Shown here piece by piece: positions 46,296 through 56,167 of a DNA stretch of 57,346 bases (its first letter is position 1; every line of letters starts with the position of its first letter). The stretch covers positions 1 to 57,346 of the forward strand of contig JBKBRF010000045.1 in NCBI GenBank assembly GCA_046292385.1, given 5' to 3'. The stretch is from Armatimonadota bacterium. Its GTDB lineage: Bacteria > Armatimonadota > SYMT01. The position numbers and the translations under genes are program-made. Under the pieces are notes generated by a model. That model had not been told where the DNA came from. It saw nothing but the letters and a program-made list of their open reading frames with translations, and did not search any database.

Positions 46296-47657
46296 TTACT
46301 CCTCCCCCGCGCCGAGTTCGGCGTAGGTCTGCGCGCCGCCGGTCTCCTGGAGCGCGATCGCGTCTTCGAGCATGCTGCGCCAGCCGTGCCCGTTGGTGTA
46401 GGGCGTGCTCTTCGCGCGCTCGACCAGGCCCTTGATATTCGCCGCCTTCTTCACCTCGGGCTTCTCCGCACCGTCGGCCTGGAGCCCCTTGGTGGCGCCC
46501 GGGGTCGCCACGCGATTCGCGAGCGCCGCCGCGAGCTTGTCGATGCCGGCGTCATCCAGCACCAGGCCCTTCTGGGCCGCTGCGTCCCCGGTGCTCTCCG
46601 GCGTGGCCGCCGGCTCCGGGTTGGCCGCCGGGGTGCCGGCGCCGAGCTTCTCGCTGATCGATTTCAGCGCGGTGGCGAGCGGCGAGACCGCCTTCTCCAC
46701 TTCCGAGGCGACCAGCGCCTGGACTTCCTCTGCCTTCATGTCGTCTCCCTCATCGGCCCCCTCGGGCGCGGACTTCTGCGCCGGCTGCTTCTCCGGCTCC
46801 GCCGGCTTCTCGGGCTCCGGCTGCTTCCACAGGCTGCGGATGCTCTTGCTGGCCGCCTGCGGGGTCTCCGTGGCCTGGCCGCCCATGATCGCTTCGATGG
46901 TGCGCAGGCCCAGCTCGGCGAACTCGCCGAACATCGCCTTCACCATCTCGACCCGCTCTTCGGCCGGCGTGGCGGAGGAGTCGAGCACGTCGGCCACCTT
47001 CCACATCAGCCGGTCCTGCAGGCTGTAGAGCGCGGCGACCGCCATATCGCTCTCGGCATAAGTGCCGAGGTAGACCGCCTTCCGCTTCTCCAGCTCCGAC
47101 ATCTGCACGTCCTCCGCGGGCTGCTCCGCCTGGCCGGCGGGAAATTCGTTGTCCTGTGCCTGACCGAGCTTGAGCGCCTTGCTCCGTACCTCGAAGAGGG
47201 CCGCCGGGTTGCAGGGGATCGGCGTCGCCGTCACCTCGACTAGGTCCACTTCGTAGTGCACCGGGATCTGCTTGCCCGACTCATCCATCCGGATCTGCGT
47301 CTTCGCCGGGTTAATGAATCCGAACCAGCTGAAGCCCCGGAGCTCGCCCCGCTCCATCTGGCCCCAGGCGTCATCCTCACTGACCAGAAACTCCCCGTAG
47401 GCGCCGACCTCGTCGTAGCCCAGGGTGCTCACATCCGCGCGGCCGATCAGCCGGTTGGAGTCGTGGTTGTAGAGGAGGACCGGGTTGTTGTAGTAGTTGC
47501 CACCCGGGGCGATGCTCGCGGCGAACGCGGATGGGTCGAACTCCTCACCCTCACGGTCCGTGAAACGCGTGGAGAAGAAGCCGCCGATCCGCCGGTTGGC
47601 GGTGTCCACGGCCTTGATGACTACCCAGCCGTTGACCGCTTTTCGCGCTTCTCCCAT
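46296..47657 (-). CDS. Prohead protease plus scaffold
   Basis: DREGE, NPVLLYNH, LRGFSW, LVEVTATPIPCNPAA; long C-terminal scaffold. Confidence 0.88.
   Translation of the reverse strand: MGEARKAVNGWVVIKAVDTANRRIGGFFSTRFTDREGEEFDPSAFAASIAPGGNYYNNPVLLYNHDSNRLIGRADVSTLGYDEVGAYGEFLVSEDDAWGQMERGELRGFSWFGFINPAKTQIRMDESGKQIPVHYEVDLVEVTATPIPCNPAALFEVRSKALKLGQAQDNEFPAGQAEQPAEDVQMSELEKRKAVYLGTYAESDMAVAALYSLQDRLMWKVADVLDSSATPAEERVEMVKAMFGEFAELGLRTIEAIMGGQATETPQAASKSIRSLWKQPEPEKPAEPEKQPAQKSAPEGADEGDDMKAEEVQALVASEVEKAVSPLATALKSISEKLGAGTPAANPEPAATPESTGDAAAQKGLVLDDAGIDKLAAALANRVATPGATKGLQADGAEKPEVKKAANIKGLVERAKSTPYTNGHGWRSMLEDAIALQETGGAQTYAELGAGEE
46575..46636 (-). repeat. 62-bp element, copy 2
   Basis: Reverse complement matches 18091-18152 at 59/62. 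Confidence 0.9.
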
Positions 47658-47743
47658 CGCTCCAGGTCGCTCCTACCTAACGTGCGCAGGAGACCAGGGG
47701 GAAACGGACAACGTTTTAGGTGAAGATGGAAGGGGGATCCGAA

Positions 47744-47986
47744 ATGGACGCTTGGGAAGAATACGCCCCGCTGAAGTGGCGCCGTGAGTACGGCGGTGGC
47801 ACGCAGGGGCTGATCGCGGGCGACTCGGGCCGGAACTGCTACGAATTGGGGGTCTATCACGACGGGAAGCTCACCAGCGAGCCACGGGCAAGACGTCTTC
47901 AGGACGCGAAACGGCTGGTAGACGAAGCGGTGAGCAGGCTTCGAAGCGGGAGCCCGGATGCCAGGTGCGAGACATGCCGGTCGTAA
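47744..47986 (+). CDS. Antisense moron, hypothetical protein
   Basis: AGGGGG RBS; opposite strand to the late operon. Confidence 0.55.
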   Translation: MDAWEEYAPLKWRREYGGGTQGLIAGDSGRNCYELGVYHDGKLTSEPRARRLQDAKRLVDEAVSRLRSGSPDARCETCRS

Positions 47987-48204
47987 CACCGGAAGAGCAC
48001 ATGGCGGCAGCGATCGCCGAATGCGAAGCGACCGTGGAGCGGTGCCGACAGGACCCACGCGCCGAAGTACGCGGCGCTGCCAAGCTCGCAGAGGCGATGC
48101 TCTACCACAACCGCCGGCGACCGTTCCCGGGCTATGACAGCATCTTCAGCTACCTGAAGGTGGAGTTGGAGTGCCTGGAGGAGAAGGCAGATCCGGTCTG
48201 GTGA
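47974..48204 (+). CDS. Antisense moron, hypothetical protein
   Basis: AGGT RBS; coupled to the previous ORF. Confidence 0.55.
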   Translation: MPVVTPEEHMAAAIAECEATVERCRQDPRAEVRGAAKLAEAMLYHNRRRPFPGYDSIFSYLKVELECLEEKADPVW

Positions 48205-48233
48205 GCGCCGTCCAGGTAGCCGAGCGGGTCGAG

Positions 48234-48410
48234 CTACGTCCCCTCGCGCTTGCCCAGCCGCTCGATCGCCCACTCGGCTACCGGTCGGTTGGCGGTGATG
48301 ACCTGTACGCCGAGCCAGGTAAGCTCCAACATCCAGGGCTCACCTCGGGCACCATGCTTGAGCGCGAGCGGCACGAGGCGCCGCCGGGCTGTGAAGTTGA
48401 TGAGGATCAT
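48234..48410 (-). CDS. Small hypothetical protein
   Basis: ATGA-coupled to the minor head gene. Confidence 0.45.
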   Translation of the reverse strand: MILINFTARRRLVPLALKHGARGEPWMLELTWLGVQVITANRPVAEWAIERLGKREGT

Positions 48411-49390
48411 CCCAGCAGCTCCGCCCGGAGCCGCTCGAACTCGTCCTCGCCCAGGTCCCACGTGCACCGGCAGCCGGGATGGGCAGGGATGCTCACCGTG
48501 TCGTCATCGATGGCGTAGACTTGGCCGTCCCTCGGCCCGCACACCGAGCACGTCCGCTCGTCCTCTGTCGCCGTCCAGGTCTTCTGCTGGACCTCCAGCT
48601 CCCGCAGCGCTGAGAGCTGCCCTTCCGCGTGGGCCCGGATGATCTCGGTCCGGGCGATCCGCTCGCTCTCGAACCGGTGCAGGGTCTCGTGCGCCGCCTC
48701 GATCTCCGTGGCCGTCTCCGCGGCGCTGCGCCCCTTCGCCAGCCCTGCCAGGAGCACCTTACGGATCTTCTCCTCACTCCCGCGGGCGGTCCGCTCCGAG
48801 AAGGAGAGGGCATACTCCTTCAGGAAGTCGATCGCTCGCTGGTCCGGCAGGGTGAAGCTGATCCCCAGCCCGATCGCGTCGAAGACGCTCTGGCCGCCGG
48901 AGATCGCCGCCAGGTCCATCCAGGTGGTGAGCGCGCTGGTGACGCTGCCGATGAGGTTCTGGACGCCGGCCTTCGCAGCGGCCCAGAGCGCTCCCGGGTC
49001 GAACGCCTTCGAAGCGGCGTCGGCGCTGGCCAGAGGCGTGAGGCGCTGCTGAAGCGTGTCCCACTGGGCGTCGTCCAGGGAGAGCCGGCCGGCGAACCAG
49101 GCGAGGTAGTCGTCGATCACCTCCTGGCGGGTGCGCTCCGCCTCCCCGTAGAAGGTGGTCCGGAGCAGGTTGTCCAGCTCCAGCCAGGTGAGCCGCCAGG
49201 AGACGAGATCGACCGCGGCGTCGACCAGGTCGACCTCCGGCAGCTCCGCCGGCAGCGCCGCCAGCGTGGCCTCGCGCGCGACCGCGAAGGCGGACTGGAG
49301 CTCGGCCTGGAGCCTCTGCATCTGCCCGACCACTTCCTCGCCGCGGTCGCCGGCCCAGTCAGAAACGTCGATCGACTTGAGCGCGATCAT
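48407..49390 (-). CDS. Minor head protein (Mu gpF/SPP1 gp7-like)
   Basis: RIARTE, KTWTATEDERTCSVC...DG, PAHPGCRC. Confidence 0.9.
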   Translation of the reverse strand: MIALKSIDVSDWAGDRGEEVVGQMQRLQAELQSAFAVAREATLAALPAELPEVDLVDAAVDLVSWRLTWLELDNLLRTTFYGEAERTRQEVIDDYLAWFAGRLSLDDAQWDTLQQRLTPLASADAASKAFDPGALWAAAKAGVQNLIGSVTSALTTWMDLAAISGGQSVFDAIGLGISFTLPDQRAIDFLKEYALSFSERTARGSEEKIRKVLLAGLAKGRSAAETATEIEAAHETLHRFESERIARTEIIRAHAEGQLSALRELEVQQKTWTATEDERTCSVCGPRDGQVYAIDDDTVSIPAHPGCRCTWDLGEDEFERLRAELLG

Positions 49391-49683
49391 ACGGCCTCGT
49401 TCAGGCGCTGCGCCAACCAGACCACGCCCTCTTTGGTGAGCCCTGCCGGACCCCGCAGGCGCCGGCGATGGAACTGCTTCACCGTTACAGGGACGTCCGG
49501 CTCCAGGGGGAAAGTGAGCTTGACCGGCGGGGTCGTCACGACGACCTTGTAGTCGTGCTTCTCCTCTCCGGGCTCGCACGGTAGGACCTCCCCGTCGTCC
49601 GCCTGGAAGCAGAAGTAGTCAACGAGCTTGTCGCACTCGGGGAGCCCGAGAGGATACCCATAGATCCGGGTGGTGACGCTCAT
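49387..49683 (-). CDS. Hypothetical protein
   Basis: ATGA-coupled on both sides. Confidence 0.6.
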   Translation of the reverse strand: MSVTTRIYGYPLGLPECDKLVDYFCFQADDGEVLPCEPGEEKHDYKVVVTTPPVKLTFPLEPDVPVTVKQFHRRRLRGPAGLTKEGVVWLAQRLNEAV

Positions 49684-51290
49684 CGGATGGCTTTCTCCCT
49701 CGCGGAGCGGAGTCGCTCCAACAGGCTCTTCTTGCCGGGCTCCGCGGGCGGCGGCTCGGTGGTGGGCGGCGCGTCCGCGTCCGCCGGCTTCGGCTCGGTG
49801 GGCTCTGGCGGGATCAGCGGCACCGCCCCCGTGGCGGAGAGGATCCGCGGCGGCTGGTCCTTCGCGAACATCAGGGTGATGCCCTGGACCCGCACCAGGC
49901 GGATGTCACCGCCCTCGACCCGCGCGTCGGCGCCGTGCTCCGCCTCCAGCAGGTCGTTGATCGTCTCCAGGCCCAGCTCCAGCCGATCCCTACGCACCGT
50001 GTTCTTCTGCGTTTCGGTGCGCAGGTCCGCCTGGCTGAAGCGCAGCTCATATGCCTCGATGGCGAGCTCGTCCCGGAAGAACTGGTTGAACCCGTCGGCG
50101 ATCAGGTCGGCGAGCGGCTGGACCTCCTCTTCCAGGAGGGCCTTGTCCTGCTGCTCCATGTTCGCGCGGTTCACCGAGTCGGTGAAGCCGAGCTTCCCGC
50201 CCGGGACGTTGGCCACGGAGAGCATCAGCTCCCGGCGGTACCGGGGCGCGTGCTCCGGCTCGATGTCGATCGGCGTGGAGCCCATCGCCTTGTAGTCGGC
50301 GCCGCCCTCGTTGTCGACCCCGATCACGTAGGTGCGGCCGGCGTGCTCCGGGCCCTTGTGCCGGGTGTCGAGCTCCAGCTGGATCCGCTCCAGCTCCCCC
50401 TTCTTCGGGTTCTTGACGGTCATCAGGCCGTCCGGCGTGGCCCGGTTGTGGAGGTAGCTGTGCTTGTAGACCTGGATCATCTGGTCCACGTCATCGACGA
50501 AGCGCAGCGACTCGAACGGCGCCAGGGCGTGGGCGCCACCGAGCGGGTTCGGCCCCTTGATCCAGAGCACGTCCTTCTCGGCAAACCAGGCGCGCTCCCC
50601 CGTGGCGATGATCTGCACGAACGCCCGCTCCGGATCGCTGAAGGCGCCGTGGCGATCGACGATCGGGTTGACCGTGCCCTGGAGCACCTTGAACCCGATC
50701 GGCATCTGTTTCCGGAGCGCGATCGCGTCGCCGGCCGCCTTCACCGCCTGGTCGCCGAGCGCCTTGATCCGGGCCTCCGGGACCGCCCCCTTACACCGGG
50801 CGTTCTCCTGCACCAGCATCTGCCGGAAGAGGCTCTTGCTCACCGTGGGGAGCTGCTGGTCCAGCGCCTCGCCGTCCGCGTAGATCCACTCGAGGTAGTT
50901 CTCGCCGACCACCTTCAAACGGACCACCATCTCCTGCAGGGTGTTGGAGAAGGGCTCGCGACCGTTCGGATGGTCGAAGAGGTCTTCGAGGTAGGCGCGC
51001 TGCTGGGGCACCTCGGCGAAACCGTCCCGGAGCGAGATCGTCCACTGGCAGCCGGCGACGATCTTCGCGACCTTGTCCACGGCGCCGCGGAGGAGCGGCT
51101 GCAGGGCGTAGCGCTCCAGGAGCTCGTCCACGGGCGACTCGCTCTCCTGGCCCTCGTGAGCGTGCTCCTGGTAGCGGTCCATGAGTCCCCGCTTGATCTC
51201 CGCCACCTGTGTCCGGACCTGCCGCTCCGTCGCCCTTTTGATCGCGGGCCCGAAGGCGCGCTCCACGAATCCCTGAACCCAGCGTGCCAA
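49680..51290 (-). CDS. Portal protein (HK97-like)
   Basis: HPN...GENY, NRATPDG, NVP...LG...NRANMEQQ, TIND. Confidence 0.9.
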   Translation of the reverse strand: MARWVQGFVERAFGPAIKRATERQVRTQVAEIKRGLMDRYQEHAHEGQESESPVDELLERYALQPLLRGAVDKVAKIVAGCQWTISLRDGFAEVPQQRAYLEDLFDHPNGREPFSNTLQEMVVRLKVVGENYLEWIYADGEALDQQLPTVSKSLFRQMLVQENARCKGAVPEARIKALGDQAVKAAGDAIALRKQMPIGFKVLQGTVNPIVDRHGAFSDPERAFVQIIATGERAWFAEKDVLWIKGPNPLGGAHALAPFESLRFVDDVDQMIQVYKHSYLHNRATPDGLMTVKNPKKGELERIQLELDTRHKGPEHAGRTYVIGVDNEGGADYKAMGSTPIDIEPEHAPRYRRELMLSVANVPGGKLGFTDSVNRANMEQQDKALLEEEVQPLADLIADGFNQFFRDELAIEAYELRFSQADLRTETQKNTVRRDRLELGLETINDLLEAEHGADARVEGGDIRLVRVQGITLMFAKDQPPRILSATGAVPLIPPEPTEPKPADADAPPTTEPPPAEPGKKSLLERLRSAREKAIR

Positions 51291-51294
51291 CTCC

Positions 51295-52752
51295 CTACCC
51301 TCCCCTCATCTGCCGGCGGCGGAGCATGTTCCGGTAGCCGGTCGCCTGCTCCAGGATCGCCTTCGCTTCTTCGGTCGGCTCCGGCGCGCGGGACACCAGG
51401 CTCGTGCCGCCGCCGGCGAGCCCGTCCACGTAGGCCACCGCGTAGCGCATCGCATCGAGGCCGTGATCGTCACTGGGTGCCGGCAGCTCTTTGACCGGCT
51501 TGCCGTCTTTGTCTTTCTTCTTGGGCCAGGCGTAGCCATCGATCTCCTGCACCGTGGAGATCGGCCGCTTGGCGGCCAGGAGCTGCTCGTCTTGCTCCAC
51601 GAGACCGTCACGCAGGATGTAGAGCCGCGGCCGCCCGTCGCCGGCGGTCTGGAGCCGCTGCTGCACCGCCTGGATGCCCACGCTGATGCTCTTGTAGGCC
51701 GCGATCGTCTCGATGCCCTCGGCGTGCAGGGTGGCCCGGTCCTCGGCGTCGTGATCCGCGACCGTCGCCTCGATCTCCTCGCCCTCGGAGAGCGCCAGGA
51801 TCTGCTGCGCGTGATCCCGCACCAGCCGATGCGTGTGGTAGAGCTCGCGGTAGCGATACATCCGCTCATCCGGATCGATGGCCCACCACTGGCACACGAA
51901 GGCATTGACGTAGCCGAAGTCGATTGAGCGGATCTTCCGCCAGCTCTCCCACCCCGCCGGCATCCGGTCGATGATGTGCACCGCCGGCTCCCATCCGTCG
52001 TAGACCAGGCCCTCGGCGGAGACCCAGCGCCCCTTCCGGAGGCGCTCATACCGCGCCCCGGTGAGGCGGTCCAGGGTGGCGATGTAGCGCTTCCCCTCGG
52101 GCGTCCAGCACTTCCGGGCGTGATCGTAGAGGACCGGGTTCTCGTGGTGGAGCGTGTCCAGCATGCGGCAGACCCCGGCATCCGCCCGCAGCTTCAGCCA
52201 GTGGTTCGGGGTCCAGGGATTCGTATCCGCGATCAGCTGCTGGTAAGGCATCACACCGTTCCGGAGGCGGGTCGAGGCGCTCTCCCAGTCGTCTTCCGTA
52301 AGCTCGATCGCTTCCTGGACGTAGATGATGTCGTATTCCGTCGACATCACCTTGGTCGGGTTGTCCATCCCCCCGACGATTAACTCGCTCCCGTTGGGGT
52401 AGCGGTAGGCCTGTCGCATCCGCCGCTGGATCGACCTGGCCAAGATCGGGTGCCCTTCCGGGACCACCTTCGCCTCGAACGTCACCAGCCCAGACTCCGT
52501 CAGCGAGGCGCGGGTCTTCCGGAGGATGAGGCCGCGCATCCCGGGGTAGCGCTCCGCCAGCCAGTGGAGCTTCTCCAGGATGCCGCGGCTCTTCCCCGTC
52601 CCCGCCGGCCCGGACAGCACCAGCTCCGGATCCCGGCTGAACCACATCGTGCGGGCGGTCCCGAACGGCTGGTACGGCCGGTTCTCCGGCCTGATGTCAC
52701 TCTTCGTCGCCCTCGGATGGCGGCTCCGGCTCTGGCTCTGCGTCGTCGGCAT
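51295..52752 (-). CDS. terL: Terminase large subunit
   Basis: GPAGTGKS Walker A, YVQEA, DTNP, IDFG nuclease motif, DHGLDAMRY. Confidence 0.93.
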   Translation of the reverse strand: MPTTQSQSRSRHPRATKSDIRPENRPYQPFGTARTMWFSRDPELVLSGPAGTGKSRGILEKLHWLAERYPGMRGLILRKTRASLTESGLVTFEAKVVPEGHPILARSIQRRMRQAYRYPNGSELIVGGMDNPTKVMSTEYDIIYVQEAIELTEDDWESASTRLRNGVMPYQQLIADTNPWTPNHWLKLRADAGVCRMLDTLHHENPVLYDHARKCWTPEGKRYIATLDRLTGARYERLRKGRWVSAEGLVYDGWEPAVHIIDRMPAGWESWRKIRSIDFGYVNAFVCQWWAIDPDERMYRYRELYHTHRLVRDHAQQILALSEGEEIEATVADHDAEDRATLHAEGIETIAAYKSISVGIQAVQQRLQTAGDGRPRLYILRDGLVEQDEQLLAAKRPISTVQEIDGYAWPKKKDKDGKPVKELPAPSDDHGLDAMRYAVAYVDGLAGGGTSLVSRAPEPTEEAKAILEQATGYRNMLRRRQMRGG

Positions 52753-53287
52753 CCGGGTCAAATCCCACGTAGACCTTGAAGGGCTGGCCGGCCGAGGTGA
52801 TGTCGGTCTTCTTCACCGCGTTCAGGCCCCAGATCTGGCGGACCGCTGCCTTCGCCGCGAGCGCCTGCGCCAGCAGGGCCGGGTTGCCACTTTGGCCCCG
52901 CGTCTCCCGGACGTACTCCACGAGGTATTCGTCGCCGGGCTCTTCCGGCTCCAGTTCCTCGTCCTCGTCGGAGTCCCGCTCCTCGCGCTCAATCCGCTTC
53001 TTGACGATCCGGACGCATTCCGCCGGCTGACAGCTCCGGTCCCACTGCTCCAGCGCCTGCTCATACACGTAGTCAAGCTGGGCGGTCTGTTCGGCCTTGA
53101 TCTGGGCCGCGGTCTTTTCAAACTCTTTGGCGAGGCGGGTGTTGATCCGCTGGAGCATCCGGCAGACGGTGCTGGTGTCGACGTCCAGCTCCGCCGCGAT
53201 CCGGGGCTGGCTCCAGCCCTTCACCCGGAGGGCCCAGGCGCGTCGCTCGAGCTCCTCGCGCTGTTGAGCGTTCAGGGGCTTAGCCAT
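52697..53287 (-). CDS. terS: Terminase small subunit (HTH)
   Basis: GWSQPRIAAELDVDTSTV; KTDITSAGQP C-terminus; immediately upstream of terL. Confidence 0.75.
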   Translation of the reverse strand: MAKPLNAQQREELERRAWALRVKGWSQPRIAAELDVDTSTVCRMLQRINTRLAKEFEKTAAQIKAEQTAQLDYVYEQALEQWDRSCQPAECVRIVKKRIEREERDSDEDEELEPEEPGDEYLVEYVRETRGQSGNPALLAQALAAKAAVRQIWGLNAVKKTDITSAGQPFKVYVGFDPDADDAEPEPEPPSEGDEE

Positions 53288-53765
53288 CGGCGGTCGCCAG
53301 TTTTGCACTCATGCGTTGCACTCGCGGATGGTCCGGCCAGGCCGCCTTCAGCTTCTCCACGGCCGACCGACGGCGCCGGCGCACGGTCCGATCGGAGCAC
53401 TCGAATCGCTGGGCGATCTCCGTCTCCGAGTAGCCCTCGGCCAGGAGGACCAGGCACTCCCGCTCCTCGCGGATGAGGCAGGCCTCACCCATGATCTGCT
53501 CGAGCTCGGCAGCGTCTTCCACGCGGCGAATGGAGTCGGCCGGATCCCGCGCGATCTCCTCGCAGAGGATCGTCTCCCGGCTGCGCCGGCGGCGCTGCTG
53601 CTGGGGCCCCAGAATGGGACGGTCCCGGTCCGGCGGCTGCTGGACCAGGATGATGCTGGAGATCGTCTCCAGGGCCTCGTCTACGCTGAGGCGGCCGCAG
53701 GAGACCCGTTCGAGGCACTGCTTGAGCGAGAGCTGGGCTCGCTCCGGGCGACGGAGTGTCATCAC
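53280..53765 (-). CDS. Sigma-70 region 4-like HTH regulator
   Basis: EERECLVLLAEGYSETEIAQRFECSDRTVRRR...A.EKL; AGGAG RBS. Confidence 0.7.
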   Translation of the reverse strand: MMTLRRPERAQLSLKQCLERVSCGRLSVDEALETISSIILVQQPPDRDRPILGPQQQRRRRSRETILCEEIARDPADSIRRVEDAAELEQIMGEACLIREERECLVLLAEGYSETEIAQRFECSDRTVRRRRRSAVEKLKAAWPDHPRVQRMSAKLATADG

Positions 53766-53784
53766 TTCCTAACTCCTTCGTTCA

Positions 53785-55068
53785 TTAGCTCCAGGTGCCC
53801 GTCCCGTCGGCGGCGAGGTTCGAGCAGCGGACGATCTTGTTGGCGCCGGTGGCGTCATCGCGGTAGAGGAACTCCCACACGCCATCGGCGCGCTGGAGCA
53901 GGCGGCCGAGCACCGGGGCGGCCGTGACGCCGATGTCCTGCGCGGCGCTCCAGGTCCAGGCCCCGGCCTCGGAGAGCTGCCCCACGCGGACGCTCCACTT
54001 CTTGCTGGAGGCGCTGTAAACCATCGCGACCGGCATCGGCCGGCCCGGGAGGCTGGTCCCCCACTCGTAGGTCGCGAGGTCGTAGCCGGTGCCGATCGTC
54101 GTCGCCACGGTCCAGGTCCTTCCGTTGTTGCGGCTCACGGAGAGGCGCAGCTCGTCATCCTGCTGGAAGAGGACGCGCTGAATCCCATCCGCGAGGATGG
54201 AGAGCTTCGGGCGGTGGCAGTCGGGCCCACCGTGGATGGAGATCGTCTCCTCGATGGTGTCGGTCTCCGCGTCGGTGTAGCGGTCGAGCACCACGGCGCC
54301 GGAGGTGTTGGTCCGGACCACGAAGAGCTGTCCCGTGAGCGGGTGGCGCGCGAAGTCCATCGACTCCCAGGCGGCACCCTCGACCAACCGGAAGTTGTCG
54401 ATCGACGCCACCATCCGCTCGCAGGGCTGCGCCGTCGCGCCGCCGATCGAGTAGGCGCCGGAGGTCTCGACCCGGTAAGCCACGAAGCCGGCGACGCCGC
54501 GGCCAGGCCCGAAGATGCTGGCCATCCCGCTACTGCCGCCGGCGCTGGCGGTCCAGCCGGCAGCGTCCTGCGTAAGAGACGGGATTTCGCCGAAGTCAGG
54601 CTCCAGGGTGCACACCCCGCCCACGAGTAGCTGCTCCTCGGAGGCGGCGACTGGTCCGGTGGTAACCGACGCGTTGCCCGGCCCCTTTACGTCCTTGTCG
54701 CCGTCCGAAACTCGCTCGACTTGAGGCTCGGTCAGGTCGGAATCTTCGAGCTTGAGCAGGTAGCCGTGGTACCAGGTCGGGATCGAACCCACGTAAGGGG
54801 AGAAGTAGTCCCCGATCGCAATGTCCGCCGTCGTCTTCCCGAACAGAGTCAGGACGTCGCCATGCCCGATGGGCACGTCCGAGAGGAAGGTGTTACCGGC
54901 CGAGTCGGCTGAGGATGCTGGGAGGTTGACCGACCCCGTGGCCACGGCGAACACCCACACCAGGTTGGTGCCGGCCGGAATTGCCTGACCATAGACCATC
55001 ACCGGGGCAAGATCGCCTTCCGGCATGTACCGGTTGATGGTTTGAAGAACCGTGACGCTGAGTGCCAA
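53785..55068 (-). CDS. Beta-rich protein with Asp-box-like motif (possible virion/adhesion protein)
   Basis: GGAGG RBS and TTG start; SADSAGNTF, VSRNNGRTW. Confidence 0.55.
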   Translation of the reverse strand: MALSVTVLQTINRYMPEGDLAPVMVYGQAIPAGTNLVWVFAVATGSVNLPASSADSAGNTFLSDVPIGHGDVLTLFGKTTADIAIGDYFSPYVGSIPTWYHGYLLKLEDSDLTEPQVERVSDGDKDVKGPGNASVTTGPVAASEEQLLVGGVCTLEPDFGEIPSLTQDAAGWTASAGGSSGMASIFGPGRGVAGFVAYRVETSGAYSIGGATAQPCERMVASIDNFRLVEGAAWESMDFARHPLTGQLFVVRTNTSGAVVLDRYTDAETDTIEETISIHGGPDCHRPKLSILADGIQRVLFQQDDELRLSVSRNNGRTWTVATTIGTGYDLATYEWGTSLPGRPMPVAMVYSASSKKWSVRVGQLSEAGAWTWSAAQDIGVTAAPVLGRLLQRADGVWEFLYRDDATGANKIVRCSNLAADGTGTWS

Positions 55069-55140
55069 GGACTACCTCCGAGAGGGCTCTCTCAGCTACT
55101 AGGCAGGTAGCGGCCCGCGACGGGGCCACGGTTTTCGCGG

Positions 55141-56103
55141 CTACAGGCCGACCTGCCCAGCGGCATTCTCCCGGAAGAGGCTCCCGTCCCGGATGTAGCG
55201 GCGGACCATCTGCACCGACTTGTGTCCGGTCTGGGCCATGATGGCGCGCTCGCTCGCCCCCGCCGCCGCGGCGCTGGTCGCCAGGCCGGCCCGGAGCGAG
55301 TGTCCGGAGTAGAGGTCCGGATCTAGCCCGGCGGCGGCCGCCGCGCGCTTGACCACCAGGGCTACCGCGCGATCGGAGAGGCGGCCGGGCTGGAGCTGCC
55401 CGTGTCGGGTCACGCCGCGAAAGAGCGGTCCGCTCTCGATCCCGGCCATTCGCATCCAGGCCTGCAGCGAGCGGACCGGACAGGTGGGAGCCGCGGATCC
55501 GTGAGGGATCCCCTTCTTGGACCCCTGCCCTTCCTGGTCCGTCTTTGAGCGCCGGAGGTGGAGCACCAAGCCGGAGCGGGTGACGGTCACATCCTCTCGA
55601 TCGAGGGAGACCAGCTCGGAGCGGCGGAAAGCGCCGGCGAAGCCGACCAGCAGCAGGGCGCGGTCCCGGACGCCGGCGAGGTCGGAGCCAAGTGTCTCCA
55701 CCATCCGCCGGAGGTCCTCGGTGAGGGTGGGCGCCTTCCCGGCCTGCGCGGTTCCATGGACGCGCCGGATCCCGGCCCAGACGGCCCGGACTATCGGGTG
55801 CTTCGTGGGAGACGGGTGGCCGGCGAGTTGGTGGGCCTGGGAGATCGCACAGAGGCGGCGCTGGAGGGTGGAGACCTTCGCCGTCTCGATCCGCTCGGTC
55901 AGGTAGAGCGCGACCGTCTCCGGGTCCGCGGGAAGGGGCGAGCAGCTCCGGGCGTCGCACCAGGCGCACCAGTCCCGCCAGTCTGAGCGGTAGGCCCGGA
56001 CGGTGTTCTCGGCGCGGGCATGGGCCGCGTAATCGCGGGCCTGAGAGGCCGTCTCTCGGACCGCCGCGAGGGCCTCGTTTCGAGGAACAATTCCGGTCTC
56101 CAA
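55141..56103 (-). CDS. Cre-like tyrosine recombinase
   Basis: NTVRAY.SDW, RDRALLLVGFAGAFRRSEL, SKTDQ, HSLRAG, QTGH, RRY. Confidence 0.92.
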   Translation of the reverse strand: METGIVPRNEALAAVRETASQARDYAAHARAENTVRAYRSDWRDWCAWCDARSCSPLPADPETVALYLTERIETAKVSTLQRRLCAISQAHQLAGHPSPTKHPIVRAVWAGIRRVHGTAQAGKAPTLTEDLRRMVETLGSDLAGVRDRALLLVGFAGAFRRSELVSLDREDVTVTRSGLVLHLRRSKTDQEGQGSKKGIPHGSAAPTCPVRSLQAWMRMAGIESGPLFRGVTRHGQLQPGRLSDRAVALVVKRAAAAAGLDPDLYSGHSLRAGLATSAAAAGASERAIMAQTGHKSVQMVRRYIRDGSLFRENAAGQVGL

Positions 56104-56167
56104 CTGCGCCTTCCGCCTCCTACCCAGTAGGCACGGAGGGAGGGGCGCTCGGCCACGAAAGCTAGCT

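Noticed and set aside
52697..52761. Frameshift fusion of terS and terL
   Set aside because: In-frame ATG 52752 (or TTG 52761) provides an ordinary overlapping start
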